A program made the position numbers and the translations under genes. 64,000 nt of DNA from contig CP154954.1 of the NCBI GenBank assembly GCA_039621445.1, positions 49,579,847-49,643,846 of the forward strand, in the 5' to 3' direction. Each line of letters opens with the position of its first letter. Position 1 is the first letter of the stretch. The notes below the pieces were generated by a model. The model was not told the DNA's origin. It saw nothing but the letters and a program-made list of their open reading frames with translations, and did not search any database. Positions 38,901 through 50,930 of the stretch are shown one piece after another. This DNA is from Euglena gracilis. Lineage: Eukaryota.

Positions 38901-41052
38901 CATCAGCTCGAAGGGGATGCGAAGGAAGGAGCTGATGAGCACCGCCATCGACCCTGGGGCGGGGGAGGGGAAAGGGGAAGGAGGGACCAGTCCACTCACT
39001 GGGGATGGAAAGATGCCAACCTTCCCCTCCCGGGTGAGAAGCACAATAGACACAGTGAGCCAGGAAACATATGCTGAGAAACAGCAGGATTCATTCACCA
39101 TGGGGGGGTGGCTGGTGGCGGGAGGGGGCAGGTGTAAAGTGGGGGGGGGGGTGCCCTGGACCCTGCTCGCCCTCTGAGAGGGTAGGGATCGACCCCCGGG
39201 AAAAAACCCGGCGCAAAAGCGCCAGAAATATTTTTGAAGGGCATTAATGAATGCCCAAAATTGCATTTTCAGGTGATATTTTCATATATTGCAAAAATTG
39301 GCGTCCCAACTGGCCTTAATGGGGGGTGTGGGGTAAACTTGAAAATAAATAACCCTGTTCCCTTTTGCATTTTCGGAATAGGTCTGAAATGTTCTTGCGA
39401 TGTTGGGGTCACTTGTAATCCGAAAAGATTCTTTACACAGGAAAGCCCGAAATTGGCCTTTTGACTTTCATTTGGGGAGCGGGGGGAAGGGGGGGTCTGG
39501 ATGGGGGGGCATTTCCCTTGGAAAAATGGGGCCATGCGCGTCAGTGAGGGGGGTGTGGGGGTGTGGGGGGAATTTGCTGGTGGGGACGCCAATGTTTGCA
39601 ATACTTCGATATTTTTCATCAAAATGCCAAAATAAAACAGATGATAAAAACATAAGTTTTTGGTGCAAAGCGCCGAGAAAGTAAATCTTTTGGTTCCATA
39701 GGGGGACTTGGGGTGGTCGTCACCCCGACCCTTGGGGGGGGGGATCGAACCACCCCATTCCTCTCTCCTGAACAAAATGAGCACTCACTTAATACCGGGG
39801 GGCTGGGCGAGGAGAGGCCATTGGGTGGGGGAGTGAAACTGCCCTGAGGTGGATTCTGGGCGAAACAAACTCCCGCACGGTGGATGCTGGGATGCAGGGG
39901 TTTGAGCCGCACTCGAATCAACCCGAAGGCACCGCGAGCCCGGCGAGGAAGCCCGCCGGGAAACCCACCGGGGTCGTGCCACCGGGGTCGTGCCACCGGG
40001 GGGACGGCGGGGGGGGGGCCGGGGGTGCGGACCAGCCAGCAGCGTGCCGGCCGGGTTCATCAGCTGGAAGGGGGCGGAGCTGAACGCGATGAACGCGCTC
40101 ATCCACAGCGCCCGGGCGACGCCCTCCTTGAGCACGCCCCAGCCCAGGCCGCTGTACAGCCCTGGGGGGGACAGGGGGCCGGCGGGGGGGGGGGGGCTGG
40201 TCCAGCCTGAGATGGGACCCGGCTGTGGGGGTGGCCCGGAGTGGCCCGGGAGGTGCTGGCGGCTGAGGCGGCGGCTGGGGGTGAGGGTGAGAGGGTTTGT
40301 TCCGTCCCTGGGTCCACGGTGTTCCATGTCCCGCGGAGAACCGTCCGGGAACCATTCTCCACAATTGGAGAATTTCCGGCGGGTAAGTTGTCCAAACTTA
40401 CCCACCAGACAAATCTCTTCAAAAGCACCTGCTTTGCTCTCCTGAAAAAAACACCAGACTCTAACGGAAGGGCCGATGCGGGTCGCACACTGCGTGCGGG
40501 TTTCCTTTGCTGGCAACATGAGGGGGATGCAACACGGAGCCTGGAAAATATGACTCAAAAAATGCGGGGGCAAAAAGACTAAAAATACAAAAACAACTGT
40601 GTAACAAAAACAAGTTGGAACGCTCGATTCTTAAAATGTGTAATTTGTCCGAAAATTGAAAAAAAGGGCCAAAACTTACAAAACATACTTTACGCTGGGA
40701 AAAACATTGTCCAAAAATGTAGTGCTTTCTTCGCCAAAATAATATGTCAGACAAATTCAAAAACTGACAAAATAAACACAAACCATGCCAAAAGAGCAAA
40801 TGCGGGAAAAAGTTGAAAAACGTTTGACTTGTTCTTATTTAAAAAGACGGCAGTTGTGTTCCTCGGCTGACACCTCGCCGCCACACACCGAGAACCCCCT
40901 GCGAGTTGATCCCCGGCTGCTCCAGCTGCAGCCGCGTCTTGTACGTGTCCAGCGGATGGAGCAGCACAGCGTAGGCGGAGGAGGCGAGGACGGCCACCAG
41001 CAGGTCGGGAAGGGTGTTGTACACCAGGGTGTTCACCGCCGTGGCGGCATCA
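35923..41052 (-). pseudogene. 5'-truncated inverted copy of the mitochondrial carrier gene
   Basis: Mirror of exons 44508-50930. The arm boundary at 41297 falls inside the putative upstream intron, so exon(s) in the spacer are not on this strand. The coding exons present look intact. Confidence 0.7.
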
Positions 41053-43379
41053 GGTCAGGGCTACCAGGGGTTCAACATTAGGGCAGGCCTTTGGGGGAGA
41101 GGTCCTGGGTACCCCCACCAGTGCCCCCACAAGGACCCCCCACCAGTCCGGACCCAGGGGGGGTCTGGACTGGTGGGGGGTCCGGAGCCCCCCTGTGGTC
41201 AAGCAGGGGGGGGGGATGATCTGCGGCTGATCTGCAACCTCCTGATGTCAACTGTTGGCCTGCACCAAAGGCAGGGATTCGCAATGAGGCCAGGAGGTTT
41301 AATTGTTCTCCGGCCCTTTGAAGAGCGGTTGGATGGTCACAAATTCTCAGCCTTGGAACTGAAATGTGACGAAAGCAGGTAAACCCCCAGAAATAACCCA
41401 AGTTTCTGGAACCATCTTTTTCACCTCCCCCCCCCCTGCCAGGTTATTTGGGCCATGTTGCCATGAAGGGGGTTTGCCTTAAAAATGGGGGTGCCAAATT
41501 ACCACCTTTTTGGCTTGGGGGCTTAGGGGCAAGGGCCCTCCAGGTTTTTTTGGGGGGGGGTTAATATGGGTCGAAAATTGACTGCGCAGTTCAAAATTTT
41601 GTTTTTGGAACTCATGTCGTTGCATAACTAGCTATTCTTGGGCTAGTAATTTGGCTCTTTTGGCTTTTGGGGTATTTTTTTTTGCCGTTTGGCGTCACGT
41701 CCAGCTGGGAGACCCCCAGCCCCGGAAGAGGGGGAGGGTCAGCCAGCAGCCTGTTTTCCCGCCAGCCCAAAAGCTGTTTTCCTGCCACGGAGCTGACCCG
41801 GAGGCGACGCCCGGGTGGGGTCACCCCGGGGTCACACGGGGGTCACACCCGGGTCATTTGGGGTCGGCAGCCGCCATCGCGTCGTGCATTCACCGCCGCC
41901 TGGCTCTCCGCAGCTCCCGGAGGGCCAGCGGACAGCCACGGGGGGCCAGCGCCGTCCGCCGCAGCCGCCCCACCCCCGGCGAGGCGGAGGGGCCCGACAC
42001 GGAGGCGGAAGACCAGGCCCGTGGCACTGCTCGCGTTGGATGCGTCGATTTTTCCCGGCTGTGGTGGAAAGTTGCTTTTCAAAGTCATCTTTTTTCCCAC
42101 AAGAAAACAGCCTCGAAGCAGGGGGAGATACGCAAGTTGCACAACCCAAACCAGAAACCCAAATCTTGAGAATTTGCATTTTTTGCCTGAGTTTGTGTTT
42201 TTTCATAATGAAAATTTGACAATAAGTCATATCTGTGCATTTTTGTGTATTTTGCCTTACTGGTTTTTTCCCGGGCAATCTCAGTCATGTTCCTCAACCG
42301 TCAGACAACTGGAAGTTGCATTTCTCACATTTTGGACCAATTTGACATTGACAGGAGTTGCACAATTAAATGCAAGGGCTGAAACTGGGCAAATCAACCA
42401 TGCCAAGTTCGCAAGTTTGCAACCCAGGGGAGCTCCCAAAAGGAATGTTAATGCAGCTTTTGTTTTGCATTTTTTATAGTTCTTTGCATTTTTTTGCATT
42501 TTTTTTGCATTGCATATTTTGACGGGCTTTGTTGCATAATCCCCACCTGCTCGAAGTTTACCATCCCACAACCCCTTTCTGTGACCACTGGTGTTGTGCT
42601 GCCACCCCTAACTCCCTCGCCATGTGGTCGCCATGCGGCTCTGCGTCGTTGCGTTGACGTCTTATAATTGAATTCTTCCTCGGCGTTTGTCCGCTGGGTC
42701 GGTTGTCGGGCAGAAACACCACCGCAAACCACCTGCTCGGGAAACGTATTTCACTCCTGTCCCGTTCCCGGGCGTACTGGGCCCCTACGGCCCAGCCCGG
42801 GGAAGGTCACTGAGGGGGACTCAGGAGCGGGGTTCTCGGCGGCAACCCACGGCCCGCCCCTCTCCTTCTCCCGCAGGCGAGGGAGGGCCCCGGCGCGCTG
42901 CCCGATGAGGGGTTCCCGGCGGACCTGCCCCAGCCCCAGGTGTGTCCCGGGGTGACTCAGCCGCGCCTTAAACACCCCGGGCAGGGCTGTACCCCCCCCC
43001 TGTCGCGGACACACATCCCACCCCCGTGTCACCGGCATTTTCCTGGAACAATGGTGTGTCAACGACAAGGGGGGAGGTATGGGAATCCCTGCAACCCTAT
43101 GGGTGGTGGGTGGTGGGGGGGGGGTCGACCACCCCCACCCACATTCCGGTGGTGAGGGAGGGGTTCGACCAACCCCCCCAGGCCTTCCCATATTTCTGGG
43201 CGCCGATTTTTAGGTCAAAAAATTCATTCGGCGTCGAAGGATTTTTCTTTGAGCGGGTGCCATAGTGGGTGGAGGGGGTCGACCACCCCCCACCAGGCCT
43301 TCCCGTACCGCCCTGGTCCCCGGAGGGGGTCCTTGGGATGGGGGGGCCCCCTTCGCGCACTGCCAGACCCCCAACAGGA

Positions 43380-46300
43380 AACGAACCCCCGCTGGCAGAG
43401 TGCCACCGCTCCCCCGATCAACGCCCACCCTTCGCTGCAGTTGACGGATGCGGACGGCAAAGTCGTGCCTGAGGTGTGCCTGAGGTGTGAGTGTGCGATG
43501 GCGGCTGGTATGCCTTCGGTTCCGCAGGCACACCAAGGCTGTTCAGGAACCCCCAAATCCCATCCCATGGGTGGGGGGGCCCAACCCCCACCCACCCCTT
43601 CCTCTTCCTGGAGGCGCCGACTTTTGGGTTAAAATCTGCCTTCGGCGCCAAAGTTTATTCCTTGCGATGTGCTGTGGCAGAAGGGTCAAACCCCACCTCG
43701 GGTGGGGTGGGGGGCCTCAACCCCCCACCAGGCCTTTGGGGAAGGGGGGCATGGACGCATCGGGATGCAAGTTGCATCCCCTGAAGCACCCAGCAGGCGG
43801 GGGGGGGGGGGGCACGCCTCCCTGAGAGAACGGGGTGGGCTGCTTGTCGCCGGGGGAGGGATGGGGTCGTTCCGCTGCGGCCGCCCCCCCTCCCCCCCCC
43901 CACCCCTCCCCCTGCCCAGGAACGGTCCAACTATCCGCTGTGGGCGTTTCGCAATGTGATGGGCCTCCTCGGCCTTCCCCAGGCCAGAGCCTTCCCAGCC
44001 TCCCCCTCCCATCTCTGTGGTCAGCGGGATCTCCCAAAGCGGAGGGCAGTTGGGTTCAGTCCGGGTAGCAGTCTGGTGTAAAGCCCCACAACTCGGGGGA
44101 ATGTGGTTGAGAAAAGCAATGCAGGGTTCAAGTTGTTCCCAGAATTGCGTCCCAACCCCCCAACACTGAATGCTGCTTCGACCGGGTTCATGTTCCAGTC
44201 TTCTCTTCCAGGCCCTGGTTGGTTCATGCTCGTGAGCAGCCAACTGAACCACCCACCCTCCTCCTCCTGGCCTCATTGCGAATCCCTGCCTTTGGTGCAG
44301 GCCAACAGTTGACATCAGGAGGTTGCAGATCAGCCGCAGATCATCCCCCCCCCCTGCTTGACCACAGGGGGGCTCCGGACCCCCCACCAGTCCAGACCCC
44401 CCCTGGGTCCGGACTGGTGGGGGGTCCTTGTGGGGGCACTGGTGGGGGTACCCAGGACCTCTCCCCCAAAGGCCTGCCCTAATGTTGAACCCCTGGTAGC
44501 CCTGACCTGATGCCGCCACGGCGGTGAACACCCTGGTGTACAACACCCTTCCCGACCTGCTGGTGGCCGTCCTCGCCTCCTCCGCCTACGCTGTGCTGCT
44601 CCATCCGCTGGACACGTACAAGACGCGGCTGCAGCTGGAGCAGCCGGGGATCAACTCGCAGGGGGTTCTCGGTGTGTGGCGGCGAGGTGTCAGCCGAGGA
44701 ACACAACTGCCGTCTTTTTAAATAAGAACAAGTCAAACGTTTTTCAACTTTTTCCCGCATTTGCTCTTTTGGCATGGTTTGTGTTTATTTTGTCAGTTTT
44801 TGAATTTGTCTGACATATTATTTTGGCGAAGAAAGCACTACATTTTTGGACAATGTTTTTCCCAGCGTAAAGTATGTTTTGTAAGTTTTGGCCCTTTTTT
44901 TCAATTTTCGGACAAATTACACATTTTAAGAATCGAGCGTTCCAACTTGTTTTTGTTACACAGTTGTTTTTGTATTTTTAGTCTTTTTGCCCCCGCATTT
45001 TTTGAGTCATATTTTCCAGGCTCCGTGTTGCATCCCCCTCATGTTGCCAGCAAAGGAAACCCGCACGCAGTGTGCGACCCGCATCGGCCCTTCCGTTAGA
45101 GTCTGGTGTTTTTTTCAGGAGAGCAAAGCAGGTGCTTTTGAAGAGATTTGTCTGGTGGGTAAGTTTGGACAACTTACCCGCCGGAAATTCTCCAATTGTG
45201 GAGAATGGTTCCCGGACGGTTCTCCGCGGGACATGGAACACCGTGGACCCAGGGACGGAACAAACCCTCTCACCCTCACCCCCAGCCGCCGCCTCAGCCG
45301 CCAGCACCTCCCGGGCCACTCCGGGCCACCCCCACAGCCGGGTCCCATCTCAGGCTGGACCACCCCCCCCCCCCCCCGCCGGCCCCCTGTCCCCCCCAGG
45401 GCTGTACAGCGGCCTGGGCTGGGGCGTGCTCAAGGAGGGCGTCGCCCGGGCGCTGTGGATGAGCGCGTTCATCGCGTTCAGCTCCGCCCCCTTCCAGCTG
45501 ATGAACCCGGCCGGCACGCTGCTGGCTGGTCCGCACCCCCGGCCCCCCCCCGCCGTCCCCCCGGTGGCACGACCCCGGTGGCACGACCCCGGTGGGTTTC
45601 CCGGCGGGCTTCCTCGCCGGGCTCGCGGTGCCTTCGGGTTGATTCGAGTGCGGCTCAAACCCCTGCATCCCAGCATCCACCGTGCGGGAGTTTGTTTCGC
45701 CCAGAATCCACCTCAGGGCAGTTTCACTCCCCCACCCAATGGCCTCTCCTCGCCCAGCCCCCCGGTATTAAGTGAGTGCTCATTTTGTTCAGGAGAGAGG
45801 AATGGGGTGGTTCGATCACCCCCCCCCTAGGGTTGGGGGTGAGGACCACCCAGGGACCCCCTGTGGAACCAAAAGGTTTTCTTTCTCGGCGCTTTGCACC
45901 AAAAACTTATGTTTTTATCATCTGTTTTATTTTGGCATTTTGATGAAAAATATCGAAGTATTGCAAACATTGGCGTCCCCACCAGCAAATTCCCCCCACA
46001 CCCCCACACCCCCCTCACTGACGCGCATGGCCCCATTTTTCCAAGGGAAATGCCCCCCCATCCAGACCCCCCCTTCCCCCCGCCCCCCAAATGAAAGTCA
46101 AAAGGCCGATTTCGGGCTTTCCTGTGTAAAGAATCTTTTCGGATTACAAGTGACCCCAACATCGCAAGAACATTTCAGACCTATTCCGAAAATGCAAAAG
46201 GGAACAGGGTTATTTATTTTCAAGTTTACCCCACACCCCCCATTAAGGCCAGTTGGGACGCCAATTTTTGCAATATATGAAAATATCACCTGAAAATGCA

Positions 46301-49004
46301 ATTTTGGGCATTCATTAATGCCCTTCAAAAATATTTCTGGCGCTTTTGCGCCGGGTTTTTTCCCGGGGGTCGATCCCTACCCTCTCAGAGGGCGAGCAGG
46401 GTCCAGGGCACCCCCCCCCACTTTACACCTGCCCCCTCCCGCCACCAGCCACCCCCCCATGGTGAATGAATCCTGCTGTTTCTCAGCATATGTTTCCTGG
46501 CTCACTGTGTCTATTGTGCTTCTCACCCGGGAGGGGAAGGTTGGCATCTTTCCATCCCCAGTGAGTGGACTGGTCCCTCCTTCCCCTTTCCCCTCCCCCG
46601 CCCCAGGGTCGATGGCGGTGCTCATCAGCTCCTTCCTTCGCATCCCCTTCGAGCTGATGTGCCAGCCATACATGTCTTTAAGGTTTTGCAGACCCCCGGG
46701 GGGGGGGGGGCTGCTGCTTCCAGCCCCGATTTTGGCCCAGCCCCACCGCCGCAGCCCTCCCCCCCCCCCCGGATGCTCCAGCCGAAAGTGTTTTGAAAAT
46801 GGCCAAAAAATGGTGTTCTGGTCTTTTTCGGGAGGGGATTTGGGGATTGTCATACGCTCATTTTTTTTCAAAGCTTGTTTTGGCGGTCATTTTTTTGGAC
46901 AATTCTCTGATTCCGGCCCCGCCTGTCGCAGCTCAGTTCAGCCAGGATCCAGCCTTCCCCCACTCCAGCGGGGGGGGGGGGGGCTGGCCAGCCAGCCCGC
47001 CCAAATCTCCAGCCCCCCCCCCTACCCCCGGGGTCCTTAAACAGATGTGTGGTGCCGGCGCCGCCAGGCAGGGGTCCTCAGCCGCAGCGTCTCTCTGCGG
47101 GCCGTCCGCACCATGTTCCGCCGCCAGAACTGGCAGCTGGCGGTGGGCTGGCTCGCCGTCGCGTTCCGGTGCCCTCCCCTGTGCAGTGCAAACCGGGGCG
47201 TTGGGGAGGGCTCACAGCTCACGGCCGCTGTGTTTGAGCGTTCAGGTGGCCAAATTTTGCATTTAGGCCATATTTCTGTCGCCGTGCTCAACACCACAGT
47301 TTTCCCACTTTTTTCCCTCCCGGGGACGAGGTTTTTAAACTGGTGGTGACCAGGGAGCATTATATTTTTGAAGGCTTAAGAAAATTAAGGTTTTTAATTT
47401 TTATGGCGTCTATTTTCCAAGGAGGGAAAGGCCATCCCGGCATCGTACAGGGTCCAAAATTAAAGGCAGTTGCCACTTTTTCGAGTTTGGGTGGATAGAG
47501 AATGTTCCATGCGACTTCATTTTTTCTCAAATTTCGAAAAAATTTAGAATGATTTTTAAGGTTTTTTTTAAGGATTAAAGGATTTTGAAGGTTTTTCAGG
47601 CATTTCGGCCAAATAATTTAAGGCACTTTTTAAGTTTTTTTCAGGCACCTTAAACAATTCCCCCTGGTGACGGCCGGTCCCAGCATTGTAGGGGATCCAC
47701 TTCGCACAATTGCAAGGGGTCCATTCGTGCAGCTTATTAGTCCGTTTGTGTGATTGTGCAATGCCACACAGTGCAAAATGGACCAACAAGTTTTCAACAA
47801 TTCAAGTGGGGGGTTTGCTGTGGGGTTCAGCCTCGCCTGCCCAAAATCGTTCCCGCAATGTGTTGATGAGGCACCATTGGCTGGTACCCGAACACACATG
47901 TGTGCCGCGTATGCAGAGACCCCTTGTCTGGGCCGTTCTCATCATCATCAAAGTCCTGATTTCCATTTTGGGTTCAGGCACCAAACCACACCATAATAAA
48001 AGTATTCAAGTTTTGGGAGCCAGGTATGGCAACTTTCAAAAAATTATGTTTGCGCACATGCCCCCAGCCAACCCCCCAAGTGGGCAGGGAAACCCCCTGC
48101 GGGCGAACCGGAGTCCAACCCCACGCCTGCCCCAGGGATCTGCAGACGCTGCTGTGGAGCGCTGCCCTCTTCCACCACTTCGAGGACTGGGGCCAGGCGG
48201 GGCCCCCAGCCCGAACCCCACCCCTCCCCTCCGTCAGCGCGAGTGGGGCCCCGCCTGTCGCGGTCCCCATCTTCGTCCACAGCCCGGTGCCCATCGTGGC
48301 GCAGCTCATCGCGTGGGCGTCGCTGTGCGCGGGGCTGGCAAGCCTCCCCTCTGCGCCGTCCGACACCGTGGCCTCCGAGTTGCTGACAGAGCCGCCGGCG
48401 CAAGTGGTGTGCAGTGCCGCGTCAACTCAGAAGACTCCCCATGGGGGGGTCTGGGGCCACAGCCCCCGCGCCAGAAAATTTTTGGGAAACTCCCTCAGAT
48501 GGCGCAGTTTTTTGGGGTCCTCAGGTCCTTGGGGTCCAATGCCAGTCTGGGTGGGTGGGGACCCCCTTCTCCTAGGTGTGGGTTTATGTCGACAAATGAG
48601 CGCAAAGGACTGCTGCTGGATCGAAAAAAGTTAGAGTTGTGGAACAATGTTTTCAGAAGAAAGTGGAACGCCATGTAACCCCCCAAATGATGAGCCCCAA
48701 GTACAACAATGCGGAGCACATGACCCCGTGATCAATTTTTAAAGAACCTTTTAATTTCTTAAGAAAAACCCCAAACCTCCCCCAATTAGCAAACCACCCC
48801 CTGATTAATTAATAGGGCACCCAAAATCCCAGTTGGAGGCCAGGGGGGTCGGGGTTAATTATTTCGCAAATATTTTTCCAATTTAGAAAGAATGGCCTAA
48901 ACGTGCTTCAACATGACCCCGACCTTTTTTACAATTATGCTTGCCTTTTTGCAGAAACCGACCTTTTTTTTGACCCATTCCATTGACCCATTCCATTGAC
49001 TTTT

Positions 49005-49035
<31 letters not shown>

Positions 49036-50930
49036 CATGTTTGTGCTTGTTGGTGCCTGTGTGCCTGTATGTGTTCATCTGTATGTCCATGTGTGAGGTG
49101 TGGCGTAAACTCTCAGGGAGTCAAACTCCCCCCCAAATATAAGAAACCCGTTTCTTATATTTGGGTGTCGGCCCAAAGGGTTTCTTATATTTGGGGGTTT
49201 CTTATGTTTGGGTGTCGACGGCAGGCCCCAAGGATGGAACTTTTTCTTCTTTCGTTCCCTTCGTGTAATTAATTACCTGTGACCGCCGTGTGTAGAATTT
49301 TCTTCATGTCTGACGGCGCCTCTTCCGAGGCCCTGGAAAGTGTTTATGCTGAATCGGTTCATTCCATCCGTCCAGAAGAAAGTGCCAGTGGTATTCCTGA
49401 ATCTGGGAGTGATGTCGTTGAAAAAAAGATTCGCAAGAAATATAACGTGAATTTCAAATTCAAAGTTATCCATGCAGCCAGTATAAGCACCATTGGGCAA
49501 GCATCTAAGCAAAGTGGGATTCCAAAAGGGATGATCAATATTTGAGAGGTTTCTTATATATGGATTAGCATCCAACAGCCCAGGGGTTTCTTATATTCGC
49601 GGGTTTCTTATATTTGGGAGTCGGCTGAAAATTGACCCAAAGGGTTTCTTATATTTGGGGGTTTCTTGAGCGAGGGGCTTCTTATGTTTGGGGGGGGGGG
49701 GTATATTCAGGGGCTTCTTATATTCAGTGGGTAGGCAAAGTTACGCAAACACATGTGCCACGAGCATGTGAACCTCCATTGGAACTTGTTCAATTGCATT
49801 CACCATGAAAACTCCTTTTGAGCTGACCTGGGTGAATGTCGGCAGCAGAAAAGTCATTTTTGATGTTTTGTTTGGAAGGTTTTTTTGTTGTGTTTGTGTT
49901 TGTGTTTTGTTTCTCAAAAAATTGAAGGAGAATATTTTGTAGAAAAATTATTATTCCTTATTTCGCAGTTTAAACCCACAATGGGAACAAAGATTACGAC
50001 GAACAAAATACAGCCTTGCAACGAATATCTCTGAAAAAATAATGCAGGTGTATTTTTGATGGAAATGATTTTGTTGAGATTTGGGCTTGCAGTTTCCCCC
50101 CAAATTTAAAAAAAATGGAAAAGTGATTAGTTCCAGTGTTGTTGTTTTTTTGCATAGGCACCGATTCTTCATCCAGTAAATTTAGTTGGGAAATTTCGAA
50201 ATTTGGACGAGGGTGGACGGAGCCAATGCGCCAGGCATTCTGCCTTGTGCATCGCAGGTGTCGGAAATTTGATGCCCGAATTTTCTTCCTGTCCATGTCG
50301 ACGCATTTTCTCCCGAAGCACATGGCTTCAGGTCCTGGCTCTCCCTGGCCCCTCCCGGAGCATCTCCCGTCGGGGCTTCCCATGCAACCTTGGCGATGCC
50401 GCCTCCCCCTCCCTTCCCGGTAGGACACGCCCTATCCCGGGCGCGCCCGGGCGTATGGCCTGCTGGGGATGGCGGAGCGGGTCGTCGTCGCGTTCCGGGG
50501 GCTCAGGCAGCGCGGGGGAGTGCGCCGCCTCTTCCGCGGCTGGCTGCCCCGGTTCCTGTACAACGCGCAAGGGTGGCGGTGGCCGCGCCAACGGTTGGTG
50601 GTGACCCTCTGAAATTTGACTGACAATGGAAACAAATCGTTTGGAGGCTGCGCATCCCCCCCCCAAGCCAAATAATTATTACCTTTCAGCTTCACAACAC
50701 GCTGCCAGACAGAAATAATGTCTTTGCTTCAAAGCCTGGGGGAGGGTCTCAGCACCAGAAAGACCGGTTGCGGCACGGCACCCAAACATATGCACCGTTG
50801 TGAGGACGAGGGGGGCCTTTCGTCTCTTCACGGCACTCTTGAGCCCGTGCTTTCAACAGGCATCTTCATTTCCGCCTTGGTTGCCCTCACCGCGTACCCG
50901 CAGCAATTTCAGGGTCGAGGTTGGCAGTGA
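43380..50930 (+). CDS. Mitochondrial carrier family (SLC25/MCF) protein; exons ~43380-43469 (putative), 44508-44686, 45400-45528, 46607-46663, 47057-47168, 48136-~48403, 50424-50564, 50847-50930; start codon not located, further 5' exons probably in the spacer
   Basis: Carrier signature HPLDTYKTRLQ...GVWRRGLYSGLG; repeat 2 IPFELMCRRRQ; repeat 3 APSDTVASEL...RGGVRRLFRGWLPRFLYNVLSTGIF. Four GT-AG introns (44687-45399, 45529-46606, 47169-48135, ~48404-50423) and two clear stem-type introns. Confidence 0.85.
48974..50272. mobile_element. ~1.3-kb insertion present only in the right arm, with 5-bp duplication TTTGA
   Basis: Left-arm empty site at ~36575-36595 reads (rc) acctttttttttgatgcccgaa; the right arm has tttga at 48969-48973 and 50268-50272; insert begins with (CCCATTCCATTGA)2. 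Confidence 0.8.
49103..49746 (+). mobile_element. pogo/Tigger-like deletion derivative nested in the right-arm insertion
   Basis: Subterminal GGGTTTCTTATATT arrays in inverted arrangement; ends gcgtaa/ttacgc; truncated ORF 49279-49545 ends RKKYNVNFKFKVIHAASISTIGQASKQSGIPKGMI, resembling the N-terminal HTH (Brinker/psq-type) of pogo transposases. Confidence 0.6.

Larger units (their letters stand above)
24734..41297 (+). repeat. Left arm of a giant inverted duplication (>=16.5 kb)
   Basis: Reverse complement of 44263-64000; the ORF track is mirrored (e.g. 36877-37845 - equals 47710-48678 +); base 64000 maps to 24734. Confidence 0.97.

Noticed and set aside
47710-48678. 322-aa ORF (and mirror 36877-37845)
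   Set aside because: Off-frame shadow of the GC-rich carrier exon 48136-48403 plus intron sequence
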